Positions 28,975-41,352 of a DNA stretch of 64,000 bases are shown here, piece by piece (positions within the stretch are counted from its first letter, which is position 1; the number at the start of each line of letters is the position of its first letter). The position numbers and the translations under genes are program-made. Location: NCBI RefSeq assembly GCF_009914755.1, contig NC_060932.1; one strand, given 5' to 3'. Source of the DNA: the human T2T-CHM13v2.0 reference genome, Homo sapiens. Under the pieces are notes generated by a model. It was not told the DNA's origin, did no database searches, and saw nothing but the letters and a program-made list of their open reading frames with translations.

Positions 28975-31224
28975 TTACTAGATCAATTAAGCACAAAAAT
29001 GAAATTTAAATGAATAAACAGTGCAGGTAGGAATAGAATGCTGATTTGATTCTTGCTGCTCTGGAAGCTGTTTTCTTAAACCTTACCTACAAGTAACTAC
29101 AGTTATGTGCAGTATCAAAATGGATCTCCTTCCTGGATCTATTTTCAGCAGAGCAGAAGTGATAAAATACATGCCATACCAGCAACTAAAATAAAACTTT
29201 GTAATGAAGAAATATGGAAAAGTTTCCTTGGCATGAAAAAATGAAAAATGTATTACTGACATATTTCTAATTAACTCTCTACTTTTAATAAGATAAACTA
29301 TAATATAATGTCTTATGAACATCAAGAGAAAAGATACATTGCAACGTTCATGTTAAAAAACACTTTATATATTTAAACATATTAGTTTTCTGAAAAATCT
29401 TCTACGGTATTAGAAAATGTTAGTGATGGGTAGTGTGCTAAGAATCAATGAAGAATGGAAGAATATTTCCTGGCCTCTCTACCTTTCTTCGTGTATATTT
29501 ATGTCTTGAAAACTCAGTCTCGGCTGTTCATTTATCTGCAATAATCTTTCTCATACTCCATTATTTATTTTTCAAGTTTTGCATAGAATATATTGGTTTT
29601 TGTTGAAAGTAATCATGAGAAAAATGTTATTTCATTGTTACACTTTCTAACATTTTAAAATAAAGCGTGGCATACCACTGATCGTGTTTTGTGCTTCTAC
29701 TTGTGTGTCTTACACACTTCAACCTTAACCTCTGGTAGAGTGGTTATGTCGTATCTCAATTTACCAACATAAACCATGGTTTAAATTATTAAATTTATTC
29801 AATAAGTGCTGATTGTAAAAATATTAAGTTAATTCATCTTTTAAAACTTTTTTTTAAAAATGATATATTTAACCATGAGAAATATATTTTCATAACAAAT
29901 AAAGGAGTAACAATCATTCCACAATGACAAGCTATAGTCAGCTTGATTTATAATACATCCTGCCAAGTCCTCTAAGGTATACAATACATTAGCAAGTTGC
30001 AATTTGGTTCACACTATGTAAGAATGCATTGGAACTACTAAAACAAAATATTATTTTTTCTCAATGAGTACAGAACACTGGGGAAAGGATATGCTGAAGT
30101 GCTATCTGGCAGCCATAGGGTTTCTAATCATGGCCTCAACACAGGAATTTTTTGTTCCTGGAAGCAGCTATTACAATTCACAATGGTTGTAGCTCATACC
30201 AGCCCAGTAAAACTTGGGCATGTTATAATCTATGGCAACTGAAACAGTTAATAACATTAAAATTTAATTTGGACAGAGTGTAAGAAACCAATGCTTTAGC
30301 ATATCTCTTGGCATACTGCTGGCTTTAGGACCCCAAATATATTTTAAAATGTAACAATTCTGCAAGGGAAATAATATAAAACACATCAATTTCCTCCCTA
30401 GATTTAATTGTACTGAAAAAATAATTGCCATATAATAATCACTTAACAACATGAATGAAGCAGGGATAAGGGCACAATATATTTCTGTGTGAAAATAAAA
30501 GAGAGAAGTGATTAAAAAATAGAACTCAGAGTATGCATAATACACTTTAGAATGGATTATTTTCCATCATTGCAGAAGCAAAATCTGACATTCAAAAGGA
30601 ATCTTATGCTAATTGTCACCTTCTTTGAACATTATCATTTATTATATTTAAAATGAGAGAGCATTCTTTCTCACGCTCTCTAATAACAGTGCACATTTTT
30701 AGGATGTACTTAAAAAAATCAACGTTATATAACAAGCATGTTTGCATTTGCTATAAACTTAATCACTAATCTTAGCAATAGTAAAACATAGAATCAAGAA
30801 GATAGCAGTATATAATTGCTTTAATTACAATTTTTGTTTTGAAATTATTTTAGATTCCCATGCAGTCATAAGATAAGAGAGAATTCCCGTGTACATCGTA
30901 CTCAGCTTCCCCCAATTGTAACATCTTGTAAATCTATAACAGAAAACACAGCCAGGATACTGACATTGAATAGTAAAGAGGTAGAATATTTCCACCACCA
31001 GAAGGATCCCTCACATTGCCCTTTGCAGCCACATCTGCTTCCTGCCTGATTGCACCCACTCCATGATCCCTGACAACCACTAATCTCTTTTCTATTTATA
31101 TATTTTTGTCATTTCAGAAATGTTAATAATTCAAATCATTAAAATATAACTTCGGGGAATTGGATTTTTTTCACTTAGCATAATTTTCCAGAGATTCCTC
31201 CAGGTCCTTGTGTGTATTGATAGT

Positions 31225-31319
31225 AATCTGTACAACAAACTCCCATGACACAAACCTATGTTTACCTATGTAACAAACCTGCACTTGTACCCCTGAACTT
31301 AAAATAAAAGTTAAAAAAA
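31225..31319 (+). mobile_element. Short L1PA (about PA11-13-like) 3' stub nested antisense in L1MC
   Basis: AATCTGTACAACAAACTCCCATGACAC...GTAACAAACCTGCACTTGTACCCCTGAACTTAAAATAAAAGTTAAAAAAA; TSD-like ATAGT. Confidence 0.85.
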
Positions 31320-34300
31320 TAGTTCATTCCCTTTTACTGCTGATTCATATTCCACAGTGCCAATGTACCCAGTTGTTTAACCATCAATCTATTGATAAAC
31401 ATTTGAGCTGTTTCCAAAATTTAACAATTACCAACAAAGCTGCTGTCAACATTCATGTACAGGTTTTTGTCTTCATTTACCAAGGATAAATGCCCAGATG
31501 TAGAATAACTGAGTCATGTGATAGTTAGATGGTTAATTTCATTGAAAAAATATTCCAAACGGCTATATCAATTTAGAACGGCTGTTCCATTTTACATTGC
31601 CACCAATACTCCATGAATGGTCCAACACTATGTTGAATAAGAGTGATGAGAGTAGTTATCATTACTTTGTCCCTGATCTTAGGAGGAAATCATTAAATTT
31701 TTCACCATCAAGCATAATGCTAGCTGTAAGTTTGCTGTAGATGCTGTACGTCAATTTAAGGAAGTTTCTCTCTATTACTCCTTTTCTGAGAGGCTTAATC
31801 ATGGATGTGTGCAGAAATTTTAAAATGTTTTTTTCTAAATATGTTCTTTCACAAATATGATCAAGCGATATTTCATCTTTACTCAGTTAACCTGGTAGGT
31901 TACATGATTAATTTTCAAATATTGAACCAGTTTTGAGTCCCTGGTAGAAACCTTAGTTGCTCATGGTGCATAATGCTTTTTAAATTTTGCTGAATTCTCT
32001 TTGCTAACATTTAGCTCTAAATTTTGTGGTCTATATTCTATAAGGGATATTGGTTTGTAGTTTTAGTTTTTGGCGCTGTCTTTGTCTGGTTTTGTTATCA
32101 GGTTAATAATAGTGTGTTCCCTCTTCTATTTTCTGGAAGTGATTATGTGGAATTCCTGTTAATTCTTTTTTGAATATTTAGTGAAATCTTCAGTGAAATC
32201 ACTTTGGACAAGATATTTTATTGGTGATATTTGCAAATTAAATATTCAATTTCCTTAGGGCTCTTCAAATATGCTGTTTCAATTTGGGTGAGGTATGATA
32301 GTTTGAGTTTTTAAAATAATTCGTCTATTTCAACTAAGTTGTGTGGAAAGTTGCTTCTATTATTTCCTTTTTTATCCTTTTGATGTCTGCAGAGCCCAGG
32401 GTGATATCATTTCATTCCTTATATTGGAAACTTGTGTCTTCGCTCTCTCATTTTTTTGGACAGTCTTCTTAGAAATTTTCAATTTTGTCATTTTTTTTAA
32501 AAAATACAACTGTCTTTTCATTTGTTTTTTCTTATTTTTTTCCATTTTCAATTTCATTCATTTTAACCATGTTAAAATTGATTAAATTCCTTCATTCTGC
32601 TTCTGTAGGCTTATTTTCCTCTTCATTTCTAGAATCCTGAGATAGGAGCTGAAATTATTCATATGGGATCTTTTTTCTAACCTAGTCACTTAGTATTATA
32701 AATTTTCTTCTCAATATTATTTTAATGAGTTTCAGAAAATATTTTATGTTGTCTTTTAGTTTTTATTATTCTATTTTGATTTATCTATATTAATTTTTAG
32801 TGCATCTCCTTGTATAATATTTTGGAGGTTACTCTGAAAACTATATACAGAACTTACCACATTCTACTACTGTCAGTATTTTATCAGTTTGAATGAAGTG
32901 TGGAAAACTTACCTCCCTGTATATCCCCTTACCTTTCCTTATTTATAATGAAATTGTCTTAAATATCTCTCCCGCTTACATTTAGAACCACTTTAGAGAG
33001 TGTTGTAATTCTTGCTTCATCCATAAAATATAATTTAGAAAACTCTAGAAAAGATGGGAAAATCTATTAAACTTACCAATATTATTACTTACAGTGTTCA
33101 TTCTTACTCTTGATATTTTCATTTCCCTTTTATTATTTTATTTCTACTTAGAGAACTACCTTTAGCCACTCCTTTAGGATAGATTTATTAGAGAATATTT
33201 CTTCATTTTGTCCTCCATCTGATAATGTCTTAAATTTCTCTACATTCTTGAGTGATGTTTTAAGTCAAAACAGGATTCTAGTTTAAGTTTTTCTTCTTTA
33301 TTCCTCAGAAATGTAAAAATACTATACCACTTTCTCCTGGTCGTGACGGTTTCTGGTGAGAAATCTGTCATTCATATTCTTCTTTTCTTCTACAGATAAG
33401 GTGTTATTTCCCTCTTATTGCTTTTATAAATTATTTTTGTTTGGTTTTTACTTTCTAGAAGCTTGCCTGTTTGTGTCTAGCTTTAGATTTCTTTGAATTT
33501 TCCACATTTTAGATTTGTTCAACTTGTTGAATATGTAAGTATATGTTTTTTGTTTGTTTTTGTTTTACCAAATTTAAAAAGTTTTCAGCCACTCTTTCTT
33601 CCAGTAAGTTTCAGCCCCATCCACTTTCTTCTTTCCTTTAAAAACTAGTGATGATACGAATGATAGATCTATTGTTTGAATTGCATGGGTCCCTAAACTT
33701 CTGTTATTTTTTCCCTACTCTGTTTTCTTTCTATTGCTCAGATTAGGTAATTTCTGTCTTTGAGTTTACTGATTAATTCTAATTTCCCTTTCATTCTTCT
33801 ATCTTTGAGTTTACTGATACTTTCTTATGTACTCATCATTCTGCTGTTGAAAACATTCATTGAGTTTACTTCTTTTATTACATTTTTGTCAGGTAAAACT
33901 ACACATGTAAAGGCAAAGTTGGTATCTAGTGATTATTTTACATTCAGTTTGACATCTTCTTGAATATTCATAACATGAGTGATTTTGTACTAAAACCTGA
34001 TCATCTGGGCTAGTATGTTATTGGCTACAAGGCTCTGTTTCAATTTTCTGTTTTAGTTTTTTTTTTTTCCTCTGGCACCACAAGAGCAAGAGAACGGGTA
34101 TGTGCTGCCTTACTGATTCCTGGCAGGAGTGGAAGTCCAGGATCCTGTCCATTGAAACCCGAGGCAAAGTTCTCACTGCTCCTGGATTCGGGTGGGGGAA
34201 TCTACGTCCACACTAGGCTAGGTCTCCAGTGACAGCTTCCTAGTGGAGAAGGTTTGAAGTTCTTGGCTGCTGCTCTTTATATGACCCTCAGTGATACTGT

Positions 34301-34370
34301 AGTAGGGGTCTCCTTCCCAAAAGGCAAGAAAGAAAGTCCCAGTCAGCCTCCTACTCAGTCCTCTACAAAG

Positions 34371-34543
34371 GTACGAAGAGCTCAATTACATGGGAAATTA
34401 TAAACATACATTTTAAAAAACATTATTTATAACAATGATACCTTTGAATTACAATATTTTCAAACCTAAAGCACACATATACTCCTTCTTGGATCATATT
34501 TACTTCTAACCAATTGATAGGAAATTATTTACCTTTGAACAAA
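34371..34543 (+). repeat. Local direct duplication, copy A (partner 36247-36422)
   Basis: GTACGAAGAGCTCAATTACATGGGAAATTATAAACATAC...GGAAATTATTTACCTTTGAACAAA aligns colinearly with copy B. Confidence 0.95.
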
Positions 34544-34864
34544 CCTTCTCTGCACGGTTTTTAATCGTACTTAGTGGCAGGAATAAGGAAAAGTGCTTCT
34601 TCTCCATCTTCCTGGAAGCGGAAGTCTGTATAATGGATTTCAATAATCATTGCATATATCTCCTTTTTGTTTTTTTTAAAGCAAATAACTGTAGCATGTC
34701 TGAAAGTAATATAATTCTGACATGTTTGGTCCAGGTCTTTTTCTGCTCCAAATTCTGGGTCCACTGTCAAGCTTCCTTCTCAGAGAGTTCAAAACATTAA
34801 TTACTATTTCAAGTGTCTCTTTGCCTCACCACTATTCTGACTAGAGGTTTTGTCCTTTATTCAC

Positions 34865-34981
34865 AGATAGAAAGATTGATAGGTAGAGAGATAGATGATG
34901 ATGATGATAGATAGATAGACACATAGATAGATAGACACATAGACAGATGATAGATAGATAGATACATTGATAGATAGACAC

Positions 34982-35038
<57 letters not shown>
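34865..35038. repeat. Compound (GATA)n STR ending (TAGA)11(CAGA)3
   Basis: Read directly; the pure TAGA run spans 34983-35026. Confidence 0.97.
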
Positions 35039-36246
35039 TGTTTCCACTATCAAGTGACAAAAATAGGTTCATCTTTAGCCAGGTGAAACCTGGAAATTCA
35101 ATTGCCTACTTTCCTTTGCTCCCTGCTCTTTGAGATAGATATTCCTGTCATCCTGTGTTCCTGGACTAAAAATAATGTTTTGTTCTGTCTTCTAAGGAGA
35201 TGATTCCAAGAATTTGGAAGCAATTGAATATTTCTTTTAAAAAAGATTATTATGTATGTTATACTTTGTTTTCATCTTTCGGTGACACTTTTAATATATC
35301 ATTATTAATTGAAAAATATTAAAGCAATATCATTTTCATGTAAAGACAATTGCCATGATCATGAGAAAGATTATATATTTCTCATTTGAGATCCCACTCT
35401 CTGCAATTTCAATTTAGTTGCACATACCTCCACTCATATATACTTCTTGACCTAGTCACATCAAATAAAAGAAAACATTAACACACTAAAAAGAAAATTT
35501 AAACCAAATTAGTGGGCCTTTGCAAAGAAGAAGTATTGTCTTCAAGCTTATTTCAAACGTTAAGCAGATCAATCACTGTTAAATTACAATAAACTTTAAG
35601 AGAGGTAGCAGGTTGTAGGAGCTAGCCAGACAGGCACAGGATGTAAATGAACACAGTGCACTGCAGAAACTAGACATGCAGTCCTGGGGCATCATTATTC
35701 ACAGAACAAAAATACGATGCAGAGTATTTTACTTATTTCTCAGTATAAGTATAGTGAACATACAAGTGCCAAAGTTAGAGATAGTCTAAGCAAACCTTCA
35801 GTTAAGAAAAAAAAAAGCAGTAGTAGTATTAGGTTTCTGTAATAATTGTTTTCTGTAAGATATTTTACCTATCCATATTCGAAAAAGTATTTTGATATCT
35901 TACAGAAACTTTGCTGAAAGTGCACAATAGAGTAGTTCTTCTTATAACAACAAATTTAAGCTAATTAATGGTTTTTATCACCTATACAATTTAGCAACCA
36001 TAATTTCTCATGCCTGAAGCCAATATTACATAAGTGTAATATTTGACAGCAATGTTATGAGAAATCATAAAATGTTTACATAACTTTGATATGTTGACAT
36101 GTTATGCCTCTTGTCTATTTCTAGGTCTGTCAGTATATGGCAAAATTTCACTATCGATGTGGCAATAGTCAGAGTTCTTTTCTATTTGATGACAGCCGTC
36201 CCAAAGATTAGAATATTAGCTTAACAAAAATGATTAGGCTACTGTT

Positions 36247-36422
36247 GTACGAACAGCTCAATTACATGGGAAATTATAAACATACCTTTTAAAAAACATT
36301 ATTTATAACAATGTTAAGTTTGAATTACAATGTTTTCAAAGTTAAAGCACACATTGTATACTCCTTCTTTGATTATATTTATTTCTACACAATTGATAGG
36401 AAATTATTTACCTTTGAACAAA
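36247..36422 (+). repeat. Local direct duplication, copy B (probable source)
   Basis: GTACGAACAGCTCAATTACATGGGAAATTATAAACATAC...GGAAATTATTTACCTTTGAACAAA. Confidence 0.95.
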
Positions 36423-37115
36423 AAATACATATCTATTTTTCATGTTAGTGCATTTCTTGATTTCTTATAATCTTTTTGTTACTCAGGGCATATTTCAGTA
36501 AAGCTGTTGACTGTTTCTAGTAGTTTCATTGTTCTGAGAGTGTGAAATGCATATCACATCAACTCCTAGTGTGCGTACTTCATTCTTCTGCAGAGGTTTA
36601 TGTCTTCTCTACTTATCCTGAAACAGGAGAATTTATCTATGACAGATTCGTACCACATACACAAAACTGAGCTTCTAGCAAATTCCACTATGTGATCAAA
36701 TTTAGTTTAAAAGACGGTCGGTGGCTGCAGGGACTTTTGCAAAGAAGATTGTTAACTAGTTATCTACTGGGCACGACAACAGACAACTGCCGACTTGTAC
36801 CAATTAATATTTTTAAATATTTAATATTGAGTCGCTTTCTCAATATTCTGAGACATCTCGTCAATGCCTTCTTAATATAAAAAGATCCCGGCCCTCACTA
36901 GCATGTGTATGAATTTCACATGTGACATGAAGTTAAGAAAATTCGTGGCATACTCTTCCAAGGTTACCAGCTCTTCTTTTCACACACTATGCAAATCAGA
37001 CTAGAAAAGAAAGTATTAATATGTTTAATATGAAACAAGCTTCAGTAAATATGAAATTATCAGTAGATATGATGAGGTATGTATTTTCCATGCTGTGTAA
37101 TTCCTGTTGGGAGCA

Positions 37116-37345
<230 letters not shown>

Positions 37346-37429
37346 AGTAAGCATTTAAAATATTCACCTTTTTTTAAAAAAACATCAATAGCCCTTAAAA
37401 ATGCCACGCCATGATGTCATTGTCATTAT

Positions 37430-37640
37430 GCTGCTGGCAGTGGTAGCCACAAGGTACACATGACTATTTAAGCTTAAATTTTAATTAAAATGAAATTAAA
37501 CCAAAAAATTCAGTTCCTCCATCATGCTAGTAACATGTAAGTACTCAATAAGCACATGTGTTAATTACCACTGCGTCTAACAGCCCCAGATTAGAGTATA
37601 TTTCTTCATCTCAGCCAGTCCTATTGAGTAACCCATGTCC
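37430..37640. mobile_element. MER33/MER3-like hAT MITE
   Basis: GTAGCCAC...CACATGACTATTTAAG...AAAAATTCAGTTCCTC...AAGTACTCAATAAGCACATGTG. Confidence 0.7.
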
Positions 37641-38274
37641 ATAACAATTCTTAGGCTCTCATATTGCTGAGGTGATCATTGTTGAGTTTCTTTATGAGTA
37701 TTCTATAAATTAGTAAAATAGTCCAAAAAAAGTGGGAGGTGGGGGAGTAATACCATGCAAAAACATACTGTGAGCAGGAACACTTGTGAGTTTATCTATC
37801 ATATGAGTGAACTTACATGTTTCAAAATTAGCTAATAGTACAGATGGGAGGTGATGCCTCAGTCATCTCATATGTTGATCTAATTTCTTAGTCTCAGCAA
37901 ACTAGATTCAAATGTAGACCTTACTTGTACACATAATACTTCTGTTTAGAGTCCTCTATGTTGTATGTTTTCATACAGAACAGAAACATAAAAAAATAGA
38001 TTGATACCAAATTATTTACTACATACCGAAGAATCCATTGTAAATGCAGAATCTTCTCAAGTTTGGGAAAGAAGGCAGTATCAATTTTTGACAATGACAA
38101 AGTTACACATGAATTATACCATCTGGGATATGAGAAAGCATGCGACGGATTAAAAAGACAGGACAGGACTTCAGTAACTGTGTCATGTCAAGATTATACT
38201 AAACAATATGTATGCGTGTTCACATCACTCCAGATTACTCCTCTCTTAGTTCAGAATCTCAAAAACATTAAAGG

Positions 38275-38410
38275 AAGCAGCATGGTATAGAGTTATATGT
38301 ACCAAATAAATGCCATAAAAAGTCCAACTTTGTTACACCTAGCTTTGTGACATTGAGTAAGTCTCGTTGGCCATTCTGGGCCTTAGTTTTCTTTTATTTA
38401 AAATAGACTT
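38275..38410 (+). mobile_element. MIR fragment
   Basis: AGCTTTGTGACATTGAGTAAGTC...TCTGGGCCTTAGTTTTCTT core. Confidence 0.55.
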
Positions 38411-38734
38411 TCTCTGTGGTTGTCAGTTTGATCCTCCAAATCCCCTGTTCCAACATAACCAAACTACAGAATCAACTTCCATTAATCACTTATATGAGAA
38501 AACTGATACTTGCAGTGGGAAGAAGCTGAGGTTGTCCTCCCTCTCTGCCCTGGCCCAATTTCTATTTCTGGGCTGCCTCCTTCCTCCCAGTTAATAACCA
38601 CTTAATTCCTTGCACTACTGTCTTAGGTAATAACACAACATCACGGACCAGCCAAAAAAAAAAAAAAAACAAAAACAAAAAAAGAGAAAGTGCCAAAATC
38701 TTCAAATTTATAAAAGAAGCATTTTTTTCATATT

Positions 38735-38870
38735 TAGAAGGGATCTCAGACATCATCCACTGCAATATCCTAATTTTACAGATGAATCAGCTGAGACCTA
38801 GAAAATGACAACCAACTAAACCAAAAATGGCTTATGATCCTATTCAATTCTTTCTCATCAACATATTTCT
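38735..38870 (-). mobile_element. MIR3-like fragment
   Basis: GAAGGGATCTCAGACATCATCC...ATTTTACAGATGAATCAGCTGAGACCTAGA. Confidence 0.6.
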
Positions 38871-40528
38871 CTCCTTCATACTGATCTACATCGCTCATCA
38901 ACCACTTTTATGACCAATCATTATTTTTATAAAGAAATATTAAGTCCAGCACATGTGTAGTTCAGCATGTATGTCCACTTCATATTCAACACATATAAAG
39001 TCATAAGTACTTGCATGATTTGGATTGAATTATTTGAGCTTTAGTTTTTTCCCCTTATGATCCTACAGCCATATGCTGAAGGGCAAGTAAGACACACCTG
39101 GGGAAAGCCCATACCTAACTCATTCCAGCACACCTGCTTGACTCCTTCTACTTATATGCCCTGTATTCCTGCTGACTACAATTTTACCAATCCTCTGACC
39201 TCATAAAGACTGCCAGGGGCTGGCATGCGTGATCAGCATGAAAGCAAATGTGCCACATTGTTTAGCATCTGTTCCTAACTCCCCATGAAGCTTTCTTTGC
39301 AAAAAGCACAGGGCTGTCAACTTCAATCAGCTTGGTAGTGAACTCCAGTAAGATACATTAGCCCTCATCTAGGATTGTACTTTCCATGATCACACCTACA
39401 TAGGAAAGCATTTGGGTATGCAATGGAGAGGTTTTATGTTAATGTACCCATATTACAAAAAGAGAAATTCCCTAGTTTTGCCCTAATATTTCTATCAGTG
39501 TTTCATGAGATCTGAAGGTTAAGTATGTCTCTCAGGACAAATAGCACAATTTTAGCAACTACTGTATGTCTATCTTCCTCCTTAAAATGCTTCTCTGGAG
39601 TCCTTGATAAACTCTTTTGACTTAACTCCTTAAGCAGCCCCTTATTCTCATCTTTATTGTAAAGATAATAAAATTTAAATATATTAGTGTGCATTTGTTG
39701 AAACACATTTCTAAAATATGCAATGCACTTTGAAATTGGATCCATTTGAGTTTATCAGGCATTGCAATTAAAGAAAAATTACTTTATACATTAAGAATGC
39801 ACAAGTGCTGCATAATACACAATGACTGACTTTAGGCTTTTAACACATAAACAAATTCAAATATTTAAACATCCTTAATCTGCCAAATCCTTAATCTGAA
39901 AGACGCTAAATAAATATTTCCACATTTTCCAGTATACAAAACCATGCATTTGCGTATTATGGTATTACAGATAATCATCTGAACTCTCAGTAAAATTACA
40001 TATCTATTCTTAAGAGGCCTAAGCTAAAAATTATAGGGAAATTTTTTTTTAAAAAAATATACTACCCTAAAATAGAGTAATGCCTTTTGGTCCTCTAGTC
40101 AGTCTCAAAATATAAGTGATCTTATATGAAAATTTTTTAACTTATGACTTTCTCACAGATCATACATCAAACAAACAATAACACTATTATTTATAATTTA
40201 AACTTTATTTTTCTGTCATGAAGACTCTTATCTGTCTGATCATGTTTTTATTTGATAATACTTTCATTAGATTGATCAAGTATTTTCTGAGTATTTCTGC
40301 CTTCATATTCACATTTTAGAGCATTCTTGAATGTCTGGCCATCATTTAAATGTATCACATACAGGAGTGCTCTTGTAACTTCTTTGAAAGTACAATGAGA
40401 TTGGCACACAGCAGTAACACTGTATGGTTCACTACTGAATATTTTAAAAGTAAAATGAATCATCAAAAACCAGTTAAATGACTTCAGAACTATATAAGTT
40501 AAAATATTTTTATCAAGAATGATTTATA

Positions 40529-40652
40529 TGCCTGGCACAGTAGTGCTTGCTTATAGCCCCATCTATTCTGGAGGCTGAGGCTGGACCATCCCTTTAGCCC
40601 AGAAGCTCAAGTCCGACATGAGCCAAATAGTGACACCACATCTCTTTTAAAA
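40529..40652 (+). mobile_element. FLAM (free left Alu monomer, FLAM_A-like)
   Basis: Diverged single monomer with short tail and an exact 11-bp TSD AAGAATGATTT (40515-25 / 40653-63). Confidence 0.85.
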
Positions 40653-40767
40653 AAGAATGATTTTTAATAGTTCTTGTAGTGATAAATTATCAGGACAATT
40701 CACTTATATGGAAAAATGCATTGCTTGATCATAATAGGTAAGAGAGGCTCTACTACAGGTACACAAA

Positions 40768-41352
40768 TGATAGCGATAGGAGGCAGACAAGTTCCCAGGT
40801 GGACAGGGAGGGGTTCCTGGTGAAACTTGACCTTCAAGTCAAGGACAGTGTGAAGTCTGAACACCAAACTACGAGCTCCAGATAGAGTCCATGGACCAGA
40901 CTGAGAACTTCCATTCTTGTTTGGTATACTCAGCCCCTGATTAGTACCGGGATCTTCACTTCAGCCCTGCATTGGTTCTTTACACTATCATACCTCTTTC
41001 TAAATGTTGCTTTTTCCAAGCCTATTCATAAAACTATCAGCATACGTTTCCCCATTCTAAGCCCATAAAAACCCCAGATTCAGCCTCTTAACTGGCAATC
41101 CTTTCGGGTCCCCTCTCGGTGCTGAGAGCATTCTTCCTGTTGCTCAATAAAATTCTACTCTGCCTTACTCATTCTCCAGTGTCTGCATACCTCATTCCTC
41201 TTGGTCACAAGACTAGAAATTGAAACTCACTGAACTGCGGGAATGAAAAACCTGTAACATTCCCTCCCGCTTGCTGAGCTACCAGACTGAAGAAACCACT
41301 GGGCACCACTCCCTCCTGCTCACCAAACTGCAAGGGTGGAAAAGCCACAAAG
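40768..41352 (+). mobile_element. ERV1 LTR (LTR27-like; 3' bound approximate)
   Basis: Starts TGATAGCGATAGGAGGCAGACAA...GGTGAAAC...CCTTCAAG; contains CCCATAAAAACCCCAGA and CAATAAAATTCT; repeated 3' units near CTGTAACA. Confidence 0.75.

Larger units (their letters stand above)
30823..34628 (-). mobile_element. L1MC-type LINE-1 (L1MC1/2-like 3' end), internally deleted
   Basis: Antisense L1MC 3' end (TAGATTCCCATGCAGT...AGGATCCCTCACATTGCCC), ORF2 and ORF1/5'UTR-like blocks, 5'-end motif GACTTCCGCTTCCAGGAAGATGG on the minus strand; candidate TSD TATAATTGCTTT / TATAATGGATTT. Confidence 0.8.

Noticed and set aside
39871-39898. Short tandem duplications (ATCCTTAATCTG x2; similar near 22120, 59566, 62190)
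   Set aside because: 10-15-bp slippage duplications are ubiquitous background.
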